A stretch of 63,222 bases of DNA, counting the filler. It is 4 parts of 4 records of this genome, joined end to end, with 100 filler letters (N's around TTAATTAATTAA, not from the genome) between each part and the next. Parts side by side here need not be neighbours in the genome. Positions count along the whole stretch, not along the records: positions 45,005 to 55,664 come from SRR22947727_1171; positions 55,765 to 63,222 come from SRR22947727_1176; 2 more parts are not named here. One strand, 5' to 3'. Positions 49,825-60,527 of the stretch are shown here, piece by piece. Within the stretch, counting starts at the first letter, position 1, and the number at the start of each line of letters is the position of its first letter. The position numbers were made by a program, and so were the translations under genes. The notes under the pieces are model-generated. The model searched no databases. It had not been told where the DNA came from and saw only the letters and a program-made list of their open reading frames with translations.

Positions 49825-51540
49825 TTAGGTGTATTTCAGAACTTCTTCAATGGTGGTAATACCTGAGAAAATGTTTCGTAATCCATCTTCGCGAAGAGTC
49901 CGCATTCCAAGTTCTTCAGCTTTTTGTTTAAGAACAACTGTCGAAGCCCTTTGGGTGATTAATTCGCGAAGCGGGTCCGTCATGTCCAACAACTCAAAGA
50001 GCCCCTGGCGTCCCTTATATCCAGTATCATTGCATGTGTCACAGCCCTGGCCCGTATAAAATTCTTTGCCTCCGATGTCGGTGGTCGTCAGGCCAATTTG
50101 ACTGAGAACAGCCTCGCTTGGCTTATATGCCACTTTGCAATCCGGGCAAATCTTCCGCAACAGTCGCTGTCCCAAAACACCTTCGAGCGTCGCGGCAACC
50201 AGGAATGGTTCACATCCCATATCAACCAGACGCGTCACCGCACCTGGAGAATCGTTTGTGTGAAGGGTGCTCAATACCAAGTGACCCGTCAGTGATGCCT
50301 GAATGGCAATCTGTGCAGTTTCAAGATCCCGCATCTCGCCCACTAGAATTCGGTCCGGATCTTGTCGAAGGAATGCTCGAAGCACCTTCTGGAAAGACAT
50401 TCCAATGGCATCGTTTACAGGGACCTGCATGATTCCGTCAATATCATACTCAACCGGGTCCTCCGCAGTCAGCAGCTTTGTATCAATTGTGTTGATCTTA
50501 CGAAGGCATGCGTAAAGCGTGGTCGTTTTTCCGGCTCCAGTTGGGCCCGTGCAGATGAAAATTCCGTTCGGCTTAGCGATCGTATCGTTGATATATTCGT
50601 AAAGCTCTGGATTCAGGTTCAGATTTTCGAGGTCGAGATTTACGTTCGAGCGATCCAAAACTCGCAACACAACACTTTCGCCATGAACCGTTGGAAGGGT
50701 CGACACCCGCATGTCGATCGGCTGTCCGTTCACCTCTTTAGTAATTCGTCCGTCCTGTGGAATCCGATTTTCCGCAATATTCAGGTCTGACATGACCTTC
50801 ACTCGCGAAATAATCGAGGCCTTCAAGTGCTGTGGAGGAGGCGCCATTTCATACAACGCACCATCAACCCGGTAGCGAATTTTAAAGTCGTCTTCAAAAG
50901 GCTCAAAGTGGATGTCTGAAGCCCCCTCTTTAATCGCTTGATACATCACCAAGTCGACATACCGGATGATCGGAGCTGAATTTGCTTCTTCCTCTGCAGT
51001 ACCATCTCCCATTGCAGAAACCTCATCCTGAAGTTGCTGGAGAACGCCGCTCAATTCTGGATCCACCGCCCCCGGGCCATCTTTGCCCTCTCCGGCTGGA
51101 GCACCACCGCCGCCACCATAGTAGCGATCAATGAGAGCCTGAATTTGTACGGCGGGAGCAACTGCCGGAACGATTTGAGTTCCGAGAGAAAATCCCAGCT
51201 CTTCAAGACCTTGCGGATCGAGCGGGTCGATCAGGGCAACTTGAAGCGTTCCATCTTCGAGAAATTGTATCGGAAACGCCTTGTGTTCTTTGGCCGTTCC
51301 TGCGGGAACCGCACGCCAGACCTGTTCGGCCGGCTCAAATTCCGCAAGATCGTAATACTCGCCGCCAATATCCTGAGCGACAAGTTGGTAAAGGGCATCC
51401 TTTTGGATGTAGCCGCTGTCTTCCAGGACTTGAGCTATCCCATCAGCTGAGTTGTTAGTTGCTTCGATCAAGTCATGTTTGGCTTCTTTTTCTGCCAAAC
51501 CCCTCGAAATGAGCAAATCAATGACGCTTTCTGCATTCAT
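49825..51540 (-). CDS. PilB/GspE assembly ATPase
   Basis: ASDIHFEP, PQDGR, GPTGAGKTTT, LRQDPD, STLHTND, four-Cys zinc motif. Confidence 0.94.
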   Translation of the reverse strand: MNAESVIDLLISRGLAEKEAKHDLIEATNNSADGIAQVLEDSGYIQKDALYQLVAQDIGGEYYDLAEFEPAEQVWRAVPAGTAKEHKAFPIQFLEDGTLQVALIDPLDPQGLEELGFSLGTQIVPAVAPAVQIQALIDRYYGGGGGAPAGEGKDGPGAVDPELSGVLQQLQDEVSAMGDGTAEEEANSAPIIRYVDLVMYQAIKEGASDIHFEPFEDDFKIRYRVDGALYEMAPPPQHLKASIISRVKVMSDLNIAENRIPQDGRITKEVNGQPIDMRVSTLPTVHGESVVLRVLDRSNVNLDLENLNLNPELYEYINDTIAKPNGIFICTGPTGAGKTTTLYACLRKINTIDTKLLTAEDPVEYDIDGIMQVPVNDAIGMSFQKVLRAFLRQDPDRILVGEMRDLETAQIAIQASLTGHLVLSTLHTNDSPGAVTRLVDMGCEPFLVAATLEGVLGQRLLRKICPDCKVAYKPSEAVLSQIGLTTTDIGGKEFYTGQGCDTCNDTGYKGRQGLFELLDMTDPLRELITQRASTVVLKQKAEELGMRTLREDGLRNIFSGITTIEEVLKYT

Positions 51541-51590
51541 AGAATCGTAAATCGCTTACCAAAATCAGTTTCTTGTTTCTTGAATCATTC

Positions 51591-53321
51591 TCAGTCTGAA
51601 TCCGACATTGTGACGCGGACTACTTCGCTGGCGGTGGTCAATCCTGATAACACCTTGCGGACTCCATCCTCGCGGAGTGTCCGCATCCCCAATTCCCGGG
51701 CTCGACGCCGCAGTTGAGGTGTGGATTCGTCTCCGTTAATCAGATGACTTACTTCTTCCGTAATGTTAAACACCTCAAATAGACCCATTCGGCCGCGGAA
51801 GCCGGTCATGCGACACGAGCGACAGCCAGATCCAGTAACAATCTTGGCTTTGCTGACTTGCTCCTCGGACAAGTTTAATGCACGCATTTCCTTGGGAGTT
51901 ATGTCGCCTTCCTGACCGCAATCAGCGCAGACTTTACGCACAAGACGCTGAGCCAGAATTGACCGGACCGCACTCGCAACGAGGAATTTCTTAACTCCAA
52001 TATCTGCCAATCGAGCAACTGCCGAAGGCGCATCATTCGTGTGCAAGGTTGAGAAAACCAAGTGACCCGTCAGTGACGCGTTGATCGCAATCGAGGCCGT
52101 CTCAAGATCTCGAATCTCACCGATCATGATGATGTTCGGCGCTTGTCGGAGAATCGATCGAAGGGCTGCGGCAAAGGTCATCCCGATAGATTCCTTCACT
52201 TGAACCTGATTGATACCTGAGAGTAAATACTCAACGGGATCCTCTACGGTAATGATTTTTCGATCTGATTTGTTAATCGCGTTCAAACACGCATATAGCG
52301 TTGTTGTCTTACCCGAACCGGTTGGACCGGTGACCAACAAAATACCATCTGGCAAACGAATCAGCTTATTGAAGTTCTCTTCATCATCAGTGAAGAACCC
52401 CAACTGCGGCAGGCCCAGTGTCAACGAACTCTTGTCGAGAATACGCATGACAACACTCTCCCCGCAACTTGTCGGAACCGTCGATACACGCAAGTCCAGG
52501 TCGCCATCGCCCATTTTGGCCTGAATCCGTCCATCTTGAGGAATCCGCTTCTCCGCGATCGACATCGATCCCGTCATGATTTTAATCCGTGAAATAACAG
52601 CCGATAGCAGACGCGAAGGATGCGATTGAACCTTGTGAAGAGCTCCGTCAATCCGGTATCGCACACGAAGTTCCTCTTCCAAAGGCTCGATGTGAATATC
52701 AGATGCCCGCGCCTGATAAGCCTCCTGCAAAATTTGGTGAACCAGTTTGATGATCGGGGCATCGCCGCCACCGCCGCCGCCTTCATCACCCACAACAACG
52801 GAAACAGCCGTAGAATCGAATTGCTTCCGCTGCTCGTCCGTCATGTCCGCGCTGTAAAACTGCAGCAAACATTCCTGGATTTGTCCCCGTGGCGCGCAAA
52901 CAAATTCAGGATCAACTTTCAACAAGTGCCGAACCGAATCAAGAGCATCAAAGTCCAATGGATCGGCAATAGCGACGACCAGCTGAGAGCCAGTGTAAAC
53001 CACCGGGACGATCTTAAATCTCAATGCAGTTGGGCCATCAACGGCTTCAATGGCATCCTGTGCGATATCGATTTTCCCGATATCCAGAAAATCCATTCCA
53101 CAATTCGTCGCCAAAGTTTTTGCCACATCTTCCTCCGTGACCTTTTTGAGCTTCAGAACCGTGTCTAGCATCGTGTCCTGAGACTTCTTCTTATGGCGTG
53201 CATCCTCAAGAGCGGCTGCGTCCAGCAGGCCGCTTTCAGTGAGCAACTCAATCAAATAATCTTCGTTTGAATACAAGGTTTTAAGGGGTTGGTAAAAGTA
53301 TCGAGCCGATTCCGAACTCAC
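51591..53321 (-). CDS. PilB/GspE assembly ATPase (second paralogue)
   Basis: ASDIHIEP, GPTGSGKTTT, LRQAPN, STLHTND, CADC/CRSC; true start may be TTG at 53276. Confidence 0.94.
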   Translation of the reverse strand: MSSESARYFYQPLKTLYSNEDYLIELLTESGLLDAAALEDARHKKKSQDTMLDTVLKLKKVTEEDVAKTLATNCGMDFLDIGKIDIAQDAIEAVDGPTALRFKIVPVVYTGSQLVVAIADPLDFDALDSVRHLLKVDPEFVCAPRGQIQECLLQFYSADMTDEQRKQFDSTAVSVVVGDEGGGGGGDAPIIKLVHQILQEAYQARASDIHIEPLEEELRVRYRIDGALHKVQSHPSRLLSAVISRIKIMTGSMSIAEKRIPQDGRIQAKMGDGDLDLRVSTVPTSCGESVVMRILDKSSLTLGLPQLGFFTDDEENFNKLIRLPDGILLVTGPTGSGKTTTLYACLNAINKSDRKIITVEDPVEYLLSGINQVQVKESIGMTFAAALRSILRQAPNIIMIGEIRDLETASIAINASLTGHLVFSTLHTNDAPSAVARLADIGVKKFLVASAVRSILAQRLVRKVCADCGQEGDITPKEMRALNLSEEQVSKAKIVTGSGCRSCRMTGFRGRMGLFEVFNITEEVSHLINGDESTPQLRRRARELGMRTLREDGVRKVLSGLTTASEVVRVTMSDSD

Positions 53322-53424
53322 GCTCGGATATGGTAAAAAGTAGTGTGAGTGCGCAAACTAAAAAGAATTGGCTCCGCACGCAATACAAAACGCAATCTAA
53401 TTGCAAAAATCGAGCAAAATCACT

Positions 53425-53778
53425 CTAACTTTTGCACAGATCACCCCATTCCACTTCTTTAAAGCCGACCGCTCCAGAACCTTTCGTCAGCAAAAAGGGG
53501 CGTTTCACTAAATTTCCGTTTTCGGAGAGCAGTTTTAGCGCCTCAGATTCGGACATTGCCAGGAGCGAATCTTTCAATCCCAACGCCCGATAATCCTGTC
53601 CCGACGTGTTGAAAAGCCGTTTCAGTTCCCCGTTCAGATGCCCAAGCATCGTTTTCAATTCAGCAACCGTAGGCGGAGTCTCGCGAATAGGGATTTCTTC
53701 GAACCCAATTTCCCGGGCCTGCAGCCATTTCGTTGCCTTTCTGCAGCTATCGCAGTTTTTGTAAGTGTAAATTTTCAT
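53425..53778 (-). CDS. ArsC/Spx/YffB family protein
   Basis: MKIYTYKNCDSCRKA..WL, FNTSG..YR, LVKRP; start set at 53778 because the longer ORF spans a terminator. Confidence 0.88.
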   Translation of the reverse strand: MKIYTYKNCDSCRKATKWLQAREIGFEEIPIRETPPTVAELKTMLGHLNGELKRLFNTSGQDYRALGLKDSLLAMSESEALKLLSENGNLVKRPFLLTKGSGAVGFKEVEWGDLCKS

Positions 53779-53788
53779 CAGCGGATAC

Positions 53789-53820
53789 AAAAAGGGGCAC
53801 TGCGTTTCCGAGTGCCCCTT
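53789..53820 (-). terminator. Intrinsic terminator after the MFS gene
   Basis: AAGGGGCACT...AGTGCCCCTT stem with a T-run on the minus strand. Confidence 0.8.
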
Positions 53821-53847
53821 TATTTTATTAAGAAAGTGAAATCTCAA

Positions 53848-55500
53848 TCAAAGTTCAGTCGCTCCTTCAGTTCCACCACCGAACTTTTCACCGTCATCTG
53901 TATGTCCGGTGAGTTCCTGGGCCTTATATCCGCCCTTGGATTTGAAGTAAACGAACAAACCGATGTACGCAATCAGCATGCAGCCAGGGAAAATCGCAAT
54001 TTTTGAAAGCGACCACTTCGGTGAAAGTTTTGCAATCGTCTCAGCTTCAGCTTTCGCTTCGCCGGTCAGAGCGGCACCCACAGCCGCCTCATCGACGGTG
54101 CTGTAATTTCCGAACAACCCGGGAACTTCGGTCACTGCCGCCAGCGTCTTCACGCCGTCAACGGTTTGGATCAGTGCGGGTGCCTGTGCCGCAATCAATT
54201 CGCTCTCAATAAGCTTTTCCTTATGCGTATTGATCTGGAAGAGACCGAGGAGCGGGAAGCCGATTGCTCCACAAGCCAGCATTCCGATTCCGGAAATCGC
54301 ATTCAAAGTCAAAGCGCCACCTCGTGGGGTTTGCTCCGATACAACTCCGAGAGTCGTTGGCCAGAAGAACGTTTTTCCGAGACCATAAAGAGTTGCTGCA
54401 ACAATCAAGACCCCAGCTTCAGCAACGCTGAGCCAGACCAGACCTGCGACAGCGAGGACAGCCGAAGCAATAAGTAAACCCAGTGGCGTCAACGCCTTCA
54501 CGATTGGTCCAGCGAAGAAACGTAACACCAACATGATGACAGACGTGTAAATCAAGACGGCGATCGCGGGGAAGTTGTTTTGTGCCGCGAAGTCTGCCAT
54601 CACGGAAGTAATCCAACCGTCTGTGCCAATCTCAGTGATTGCCAAAGGCATCATGATTAGAACAAGGATGGCCATCAAGCCACGACCAAGAGATTTCGTG
54701 AAGGCGAACATTGCGACGGCAGAGATGACTCCAGCGATGATTCCGATGATCCATGACGTTTTGTAAGTCACATCGATCAATCCGGCTTCTTTGCAGAAAA
54801 TCGAGATCTGAAGTCCGATCAAAGTTCCGGTTACAAGTGCTCCAAATGCACCAAACTCAGCCAGCATCTCTTTGTAAGTGACACCAGATGAAACACGCTC
54901 ACTCACAGGGAATTTCTGACCGATCAACATGATTCCGTAAATGAGAGCCGGAACCGCAATGATTCCAACGTTTACAGCCCAAGGCGCTGCTTCGAACATT
55001 TTGTCAAGAATGATAACGATGACACCCATCAGCACCAAGCCACCAGGCCAAGCCGCGTGGAGGATGTTGAGCCACTTCGTTTTCTCCTTGCTGAAAAGCG
55101 TTGCGACAACCGGGTTGATGAATGCTTCAACCGAACCATTACCAAGCGCTGCGATCAAGCTACCAACCACAAGAAGGTTGTATGCAGTTTTTGTATCACC
55201 ACTCTTAGAGATGAAGTAAGCTGCAACGCCCATGCCTGCCCAAATCAGGTGACTACCACAGGCAAAAATCATTGCCGTTTTGTAGCCCACCTTATCAATG
55301 AAAAGGCTGAAGAGGATGATGCTGACCGCGAATGGCCAGATGCCGATCCCAGCCAAAATTCCCAACTGCTGCTTGTCGAGGCCAAATTCCTCTCCCCAAA
55401 CACCCAGAAGTTCGAGACGTCCCACAAAGGCAAAGCCCGTCGTGATCAGTGCAATAAAACAGCCCCAAAAAAGGGCCTTAGAAGGTTTTCCGTCACTCAT
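53848..55500 (-). CDS. MFS transporter
   Basis: About 12 TM helices; GNG.VEA.INP, LHA.WPGG, GKTFFWPT.LG. Confidence 0.9.
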   Translation of the reverse strand: MSDGKPSKALFWGCFIALITTGFAFVGRLELLGVWGEEFGLDKQQLGILAGIGIWPFAVSIILFSLFIDKVGYKTAMIFACGSHLIWAGMGVAAYFISKSGDTKTAYNLLVVGSLIAALGNGSVEAFINPVVATLFSKEKTKWLNILHAAWPGGLVLMGVIVIILDKMFEAAPWAVNVGIIAVPALIYGIMLIGQKFPVSERVSSGVTYKEMLAEFGAFGALVTGTLIGLQISIFCKEAGLIDVTYKTSWIIGIIAGVISAVAMFAFTKSLGRGLMAILVLIMMPLAITEIGTDGWITSVMADFAAQNNFPAIAVLIYTSVIMLVLRFFAGPIVKALTPLGLLIASAVLAVAGLVWLSVAEAGVLIVAATLYGLGKTFFWPTTLGVVSEQTPRGGALTLNAISGIGMLACGAIGFPLLGLFQINTHKEKLIESELIAAQAPALIQTVDGVKTLAAVTEVPGLFGNYSTVDEAAVGAALTGEAKAEAETIAKLSPKWSLSKIAIFPGCMLIAYIGLFVYFKSKGGYKAQELTGHTDDGEKFGGGTEGATEL

Positions 55501-55664
55501 ATTATTTTATCGTATCTTTTGCAATTTTTTGAAACCCACGCCCTTATTTTGACGCGTAGGGGCCTTTCATAACAAACCAGCCACGTTCCACAAGAACAAA
55601 TCGCCCCAAAGTTTGGCGTAAAAATGTTGCTCCCTACGATCCAACAGGGTTGGTTCATCGAATC

Positions 55665-55764
55665 NNNNNNNNNNNNNNNNNNNNNNNNNNNNNNNNNNNN
55701 NNNNNNNNTTAATTAATTAANNNNNNNNNNNNNNNNNNNNNNNNNNNNNNNNNNNNNNNNNNNN
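55665..55764. other. Artificial contig linker
   Basis: N-run + TTAATTAATTAA + N-run. Confidence 0.98.
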
Positions 55765-55832
55765 TCATCAATAGTCTAAGTTGTTGTTTATAAACAATAT
55801 TTAAAATAATAAAAGTTATATAAGCCTAACTT

Positions 55833-56768
55833 TTATGATTTGAGGTGCCTTGTGTTCAAGGTTTTTTTTAATTCTTTTTCGCTTATTTGTGGGATAAATA
55901 ACTGGATAAAGTCTGAGGTAAATTTTCTTAAAAAATTATCTCTTCTAATCCCTATATAAGTCGTACTTAAGGGAAATAAATGGCTAACATCTCTACTGAC
56001 TAATGGTAGGTCATTAGCTGGATCGTAGGCCATCTCAGCAATTAACCCGATACCCATATTAAGGCTTACATATGTTTTGATAACATCTGCATCAATGGCG
56101 GTCAACATTACCTTTGGCTCTATATTTGCATTTTTAAAGACCTCAGACACTATTGTACTTCCCGTGAAGGCATAGTCATAGGTTATCATCGGGAAAGATG
56201 CTAATGTCTCCAGAGATATATGCTTAATTCTAGTTAGCGGATGATCTTTTGGCATGACCACACATCGATTCCAATGGTAGCAAGGAATAGTAAATATATT
56301 TTCATTCAGACTTATAGATTCTGTTGCAATACCTACATCTGCTTCACCTTTAATAATCTGATCGGTAACTTGCGATGGATTTCCTTGGTGAATATTTAAA
56401 TTAATTTTTGGATATTTTTTAACAAACTCTTCTACGACTTTTGGTAATTTATATCTTGCTTGGGTATGTGTTGTAGCAATAGTAAAAGTGCCTTCATCTT
56501 TTTCTGCATACTCCTCTGAAACGACTTTTATATTTTTAGTCTCTTGAAGTATAGCTTCTATAGAGGCTAACACTGTTTCTCCTGGCTCAGTTAGACCTGT
56601 AAGCCTTTTACCATTTCTTCGAAAAATTTTAATACCAATCTCCCTCTCGAGGAGTTTAATCTGCTTACTTACCCCAGGTTGGGATGTGTTTAAAGTCTCT
56701 GATGCTTTTGAGATATTAAAATTAGATTGAACAATTTGAAAAATACATCTAAGCTGCTGTAATTTCAT
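55833..56768 (-). CDS. cysB: CysB/Cbl family LysR regulator
   Basis: MKLQQLR, TSQPGVSKQI, IATTHTQARY.LP, DADVIKTYV; divergent from the cys operon. Confidence 0.92.
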   Translation of the reverse strand: MKLQQLRCIFQIVQSNFNISKASETLNTSQPGVSKQIKLLEREIGIKIFRRNGKRLTGLTEPGETVLASIEAILQETKNIKVVSEEYAEKDEGTFTIATTHTQARYKLPKVVEEFVKKYPKINLNIHQGNPSQVTDQIIKGEADVGIATESISLNENIFTIPCYHWNRCVVMPKDHPLTRIKHISLETLASFPMITYDYAFTGSTIVSEVFKNANIEPKVMLTAIDADVIKTYVSLNMGIGLIAEMAYDPANDLPLVSRDVSHLFPLSTTYIGIRRDNFLRKFTSDFIQLFIPQISEKELKKTLNTRHLKS

Positions 56769-56870
56769 ATAATTAAAAGTTATATTATTAGAATTTTATA
56801 TTATTTAATAATATATTAAAAACTGTTATATTGCATGAAAATTTTTAAATTTCTGTAAGTTAAATTTATC

Positions 56871-57653
56871 GTGCTTTTTGAATATATCATTTCTGGTTTT
56901 TTAGTTGGAACACTTGTAGGATTAACTGGTGTTGGTGGTGGCTCACTTATGACGCCATTGCTTGTATTATTTTTTAAATTCCCAACCGCTGTCGCCGTTG
57001 GGACAGACCTATTGTACGCAGCCATTACTAAATCTGCAGGAGCGATTTCTCACCATAAATTAGGTAATGTTGATTGGAAGATTGTAAAAAATCTCTTGCT
57101 CGGTAGCTTACCCGCATCATACCTTGTCACCCATCACCTAAAGGAAATTGACCTTTACTCACTTCAAAATGTGGAAATAATAAATACATCTCTTGGTATA
57201 GCCCTATTCTTAACTTCAATAGCCGTTTTATTTCAGCCTATTATTGTAAAAAAATCGGTTAAACAAAAATTAAAAACAAATTTAAATATAAGTATTCTTA
57301 CCATTATATTAGGCTTTTTTTTAGGAGTTGTTGTTACATTGACCTCGGTAGGTGCAGGAGCAATTGGAGTAACTGCTCTGCTGTTACTCTATCCAAAACT
57401 ACAAATTAAAAAAATTATTGGCACTGATATCGCACATGCTGTTCCATTAACACTTTTTGCAGGAATTGGTCACTTCAATTTAGGAACAGTCGATATAAAT
57501 TTATTAATAGCTTTACTTATTGGGTCTGTTCCTGGTGTCTTAATTGGAAGTAAGCTCAGCTCAAGAATAGATGAAAAATTTTTACGACTGATATTGGTTA
57601 TAATTCTACTTATAGTGGGCATGCAATTAATTTTTAAAGGTAATTATGTATAA
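56871..57653 (+). CDS. Sulfite exporter TauE/SafE family protein
   Basis: GLTGVGGGSLMTP, AVGTDL, TSVGAGA, GTDIAHAVPL. Confidence 0.92.
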   Translation: MLFEYIISGFLVGTLVGLTGVGGGSLMTPLLVLFFKFPTAVAVGTDLLYAAITKSAGAISHHKLGNVDWKIVKNLLLGSLPASYLVTHHLKEIDLYSLQNVEIINTSLGIALFLTSIAVLFQPIIVKKSVKQKLKTNLNISILTIILGFFLGVVVTLTSVGAGAIGVTALLLLYPKLQIKKIIGTDIAHAVPLTLFAGIGHFNLGTVDINLLIALLIGSVPGVLIGSKLSSRIDEKFLRLILVIILLIVGMQLIFKGNYV

Positions 57654-59301
57654 GTACGATACATTAGATCAAACTCTAGTAAATGAGCGAGTTGCACAAT
57701 ATGAGGGTCAACTCACCCGTTTTTTGAACAAAGAATTGACGGAAGAGGAATTTAGGCCGCTTAGGCTTCAAAATGGTCTTTATATTCAAAGACACTCACC
57801 GATGCTGAGAGTAGCAATACCTTATGGTTTGTTATCCTCCTCACAACTAATAAAACTCGCTGATATTGCAGATAAATTTGATCGAGGTTATGGACATTTT
57901 AGTACACGACAAAATATTCAATTTAATTGGCCTAAGTTAGAGGATACCCCCAAGATTTTGAAAGAACTTGCCAAAGTTGAAATGCATGCCATTCAAACGT
58001 CAGGCAACTGCATAAGAAATATTACAACCGATCAATTTGCAGGGGTTGCACCGGATGAAATCATTGACCCAAGATATTTAGCCGAAATTATTAGGCAGTG
58101 GAGTACTTTTCACCCAGAATTTGCTCTCCTTCCTAGAAAATTTAAAATTGCAATTACTGGTTCATCAAAAGACCGCGCAATTGTTCAAGCTCATGATATA
58201 GGACTTGAGATCTTTGCTAACAATAAAAAAGAAATGACAGTTAAGGTTTGGGTAGGCGGCGGCCTTGGAAGAACACCAATTTTAGGCTCTGTTATTAAAG
58301 AAAGTTTATCCTGGAAGCATATGCTTACCTATTGCGAGGCGATACTCAGAATCTATAACCTTTACGGCCGAAGAGATAATATGTACAAAGCTAGAATTAA
58401 GATTTTAGTTAAATCGCTAGGAATTGAGAAATTTAAGCAATTAGTTGACAAGGAATGGGAGACAATAAAAGATGGTCCAAATACATTAGATGAATTAGAA
58501 ATTAATCGGGTTAAAGCATTCTTTTCAGAACCAAACTACAAGTCTCGAGGCAGTGATGAGCTCAGTAAATATACCGATAATAAACAATTTTCACAGTGGT
58601 TGCTTAGATGTACTCATAAGCATAAAAAATTGGGCTATAGGTCAGTCACTCTATCTCTAAAGAGCAATGAACAGGCACCTGGTGATGCGACATCAGACCA
58701 AATGAGGTCGGTAGCAGAACTTGCGGAGCAATACAGCTTTGGTGAAATTCGAGTTTCTCACGAACAAAATTTAATTTTAGCTGACGTATTAGAAGGCGAT
58801 CTCTTCGAGCTTTGGGAGAAAGCAAAGGTACAAATGCTAACCACGCCAAACATTGGTTTACTGACTGACATTATATGTTGCCCAGGTGGGGATTTTTGTT
58901 CTTTAGCTAATGCAAAGAGCATACCTATTGCAAAATCTATTCAAGATATTTTTGATGATATGGATTATCTCCATGATATTGGGGAAATAAATTTAAATAT
59001 TTCTGGTTGTATGAACGCTTGCGGACATCATCATGTTGGGCATATAGGCATATTAGGAGTCGATAAAGATGGGAGTGAGTGGTATCAAGTAACTTTAGGG
59101 GGTAATCAAGGAAACTTTGCCAGTATTGGAAAAGTAATTGGGCCATCATTTTCCGAAGAAGAGATGCCTGAAGTAATTAAAAAAATTATTGGCACTTATA
59201 TTCGCAATCGACATCCTGATGAAAATTTCATCGACTGTGTTTCAAGAATTGGTATTGATCCTTTTAAAAAAGAAGTTTACGAAGAGAAGGGAAAAAAATA
59301 A
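57646..59301 (+). CDS. cysI: Sulfite reductase hemoprotein (ferredoxin-dependent type)
   Basis: RLQNGLY, STRQNIQ, SGNCIRN, LPRKFK, CPGGDFC...SGCMNAC siroheme/4Fe-4S ligands. Confidence 0.93.
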   Translation: MYKYDTLDQTLVNERVAQYEGQLTRFLNKELTEEEFRPLRLQNGLYIQRHSPMLRVAIPYGLLSSSQLIKLADIADKFDRGYGHFSTRQNIQFNWPKLEDTPKILKELAKVEMHAIQTSGNCIRNITTDQFAGVAPDEIIDPRYLAEIIRQWSTFHPEFALLPRKFKIAITGSSKDRAIVQAHDIGLEIFANNKKEMTVKVWVGGGLGRTPILGSVIKESLSWKHMLTYCEAILRIYNLYGRRDNMYKARIKILVKSLGIEKFKQLVDKEWETIKDGPNTLDELEINRVKAFFSEPNYKSRGSDELSKYTDNKQFSQWLLRCTHKHKKLGYRSVTLSLKSNEQAPGDATSDQMRSVAELAEQYSFGEIRVSHEQNLILADVLEGDLFELWEKAKVQMLTTPNIGLLTDIICCPGGDFCSLANAKSIPIAKSIQDIFDDMDYLHDIGEINLNISGCMNACGHHHVGHIGILGVDKDGSEWYQVTLGGNQGNFASIGKVIGPSFSEEEMPEVIKKIIGTYIRNRHPDENFIDCVSRIGIDPFKKEVYEEKGKK

Positions 59302-59904
59302 ATGGGTTCTCAGTTAATTTTAAATAACCATATTACAAATGACGAATGGCAATTGATAGAGCCACCTAAGGCTCAAGAAGAAGTAAAAAAACAAGCAGGT
59401 AAGGTTGTTATTTTTAAAATAACAGGTGAGGCTTCATTAAATCAAGACCAGATAGAAAAAACTACCTTTCCCAAAAGTGGAAAAATTATACTTCCTATCC
59501 AAGTGCTTTTACATCATCAAAAGGCTTTGATGGATAGAATAGCAAAAAAAGAAATAGGAATTTGGATTGAAACACATGAAGAAATCAATAGTTTCATTGA
59601 TAAGATAAATGATATTAACAAATTTTCTTTAATTTCAGTAAACGTTAGAAAATTTGCTGACGGTAGAATTTTTTCAATTGGTAATATGCTAAGGATAAAA
59701 TATAAATTTAAAAATGAGCTCAGAGCTATTGGTGACGTGTTAAGGGATCAACTTTTTTTCTTAAAAAGGTCAGGCTTCAACAGCTTTCTTATCAGAAAAG
59801 ACAGAGATGCTAACGATGCCATATTGGGACTCACTGATTTTTCAACGCCCTATCAAGGTGCTGTTGATCAACAAAAACCCGCATGGAAAATAATTAAAAG
59901 ATGA
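59302..59904 (+). CDS. DUF934 family protein
   Basis: F.DGR.FS, ELRAIGDVLRDQL.FL.RSGF; usual partner of cysI. Confidence 0.88.
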   Translation: MGSQLILNNHITNDEWQLIEPPKAQEEVKKQAGKVVIFKITGEASLNQDQIEKTTFPKSGKIILPIQVLLHHQKALMDRIAKKEIGIWIETHEEINSFIDKINDINKFSLISVNVRKFADGRIFSIGNMLRIKYKFKNELRAIGDVLRDQLFFLKRSGFNSFLIRKDRDANDAILGLTDFSTPYQGAVDQQKPAWKIIKR

Positions 59905-60527
59905 CTGATTTAGAAAAACTAAATAAAGAATTTAGAAAAAAAAATCCAGACGAAACGATAAGTTGGGCCCTAAAAAACTCAAAGAACCCTATTCTTACAA
60001 CAAACTTTAGACCTTATGAGATTGCAATTATTCATTTATGTACACAACTCATGCCTAACCTGAAGATTGTTTGGTGTGATTCAGGCTACAACACAAAAGC
60101 TACTTATGTATACGCTGAAAAAGCTATCAAAGAATATAATTTAAATATTAAGTTATATATACCAAAACATACTTCTGCCTTTAGAGAAGCTACTATGGGC
60201 AAAATGCCGGAAATTAACGACCCAAGACATGAGCAATTCACTGAAGAAGTAAAGCTTGAACCATTCAGAAGAGCAATGAAAGAAATTGAACCAGATTTAT
60301 GGATTACAAATTTAAGGACAGGTCAAACTAGCTTTCGAGATGAATTAAATATCTTTAATAGGACTGAAGCTAACTTATTAAAAATAAGCCCTTTTTACTA
60401 TTGGGCAGATAAAGACCTTGATGATTATATGGAAAAATATAATTTAACAAATGAATATGATTATTATGACCCAACAAAGGTTGATGAAAAACGTGAGTGT
60501 GGGCTTCATAATAGAGAGGGAAAATAA
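59901..60527 (+). CDS. cysH: PAPS/APS reductase family protein without Fe-S cysteines
   Basis: TTNFRPYE, DSGY, VKLEPF.RA, C-terminal RECGLH; no CC or CxxC. Confidence 0.85.
   Translation: MTDLEKLNKEFRKKNPDETISWALKNSKNPILTTNFRPYEIAIIHLCTQLMPNLKIVWCDSGYNTKATYVYAEKAIKEYNLNIKLYIPKHTSAFREATMGKMPEINDPRHEQFTEEVKLEPFRRAMKEIEPDLWITNLRTGQTSFRDELNIFNRTEANLLKISPFYYWADKDLDDYMEKYNLTNEYDYYDPTKVDEKRECGLHNREGK

Noticed and set aside
45116-55572. Many antisense/overlapping ORFs in the ORF track (e.g. 52620-53168, 55057-55572, 50362-50790)
   Set aside because: Shadows of well-supported genes in higher-GC DNA, with no recognisable motifs; the same applies to short antisense ORFs in the other contigs
56780-56834. 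TTATATT repeats in the cysB/tauE spacer as CysB sites
   Set aside because: Plausible location, but indistinguishable from chance in a nearly pure A/T spacer
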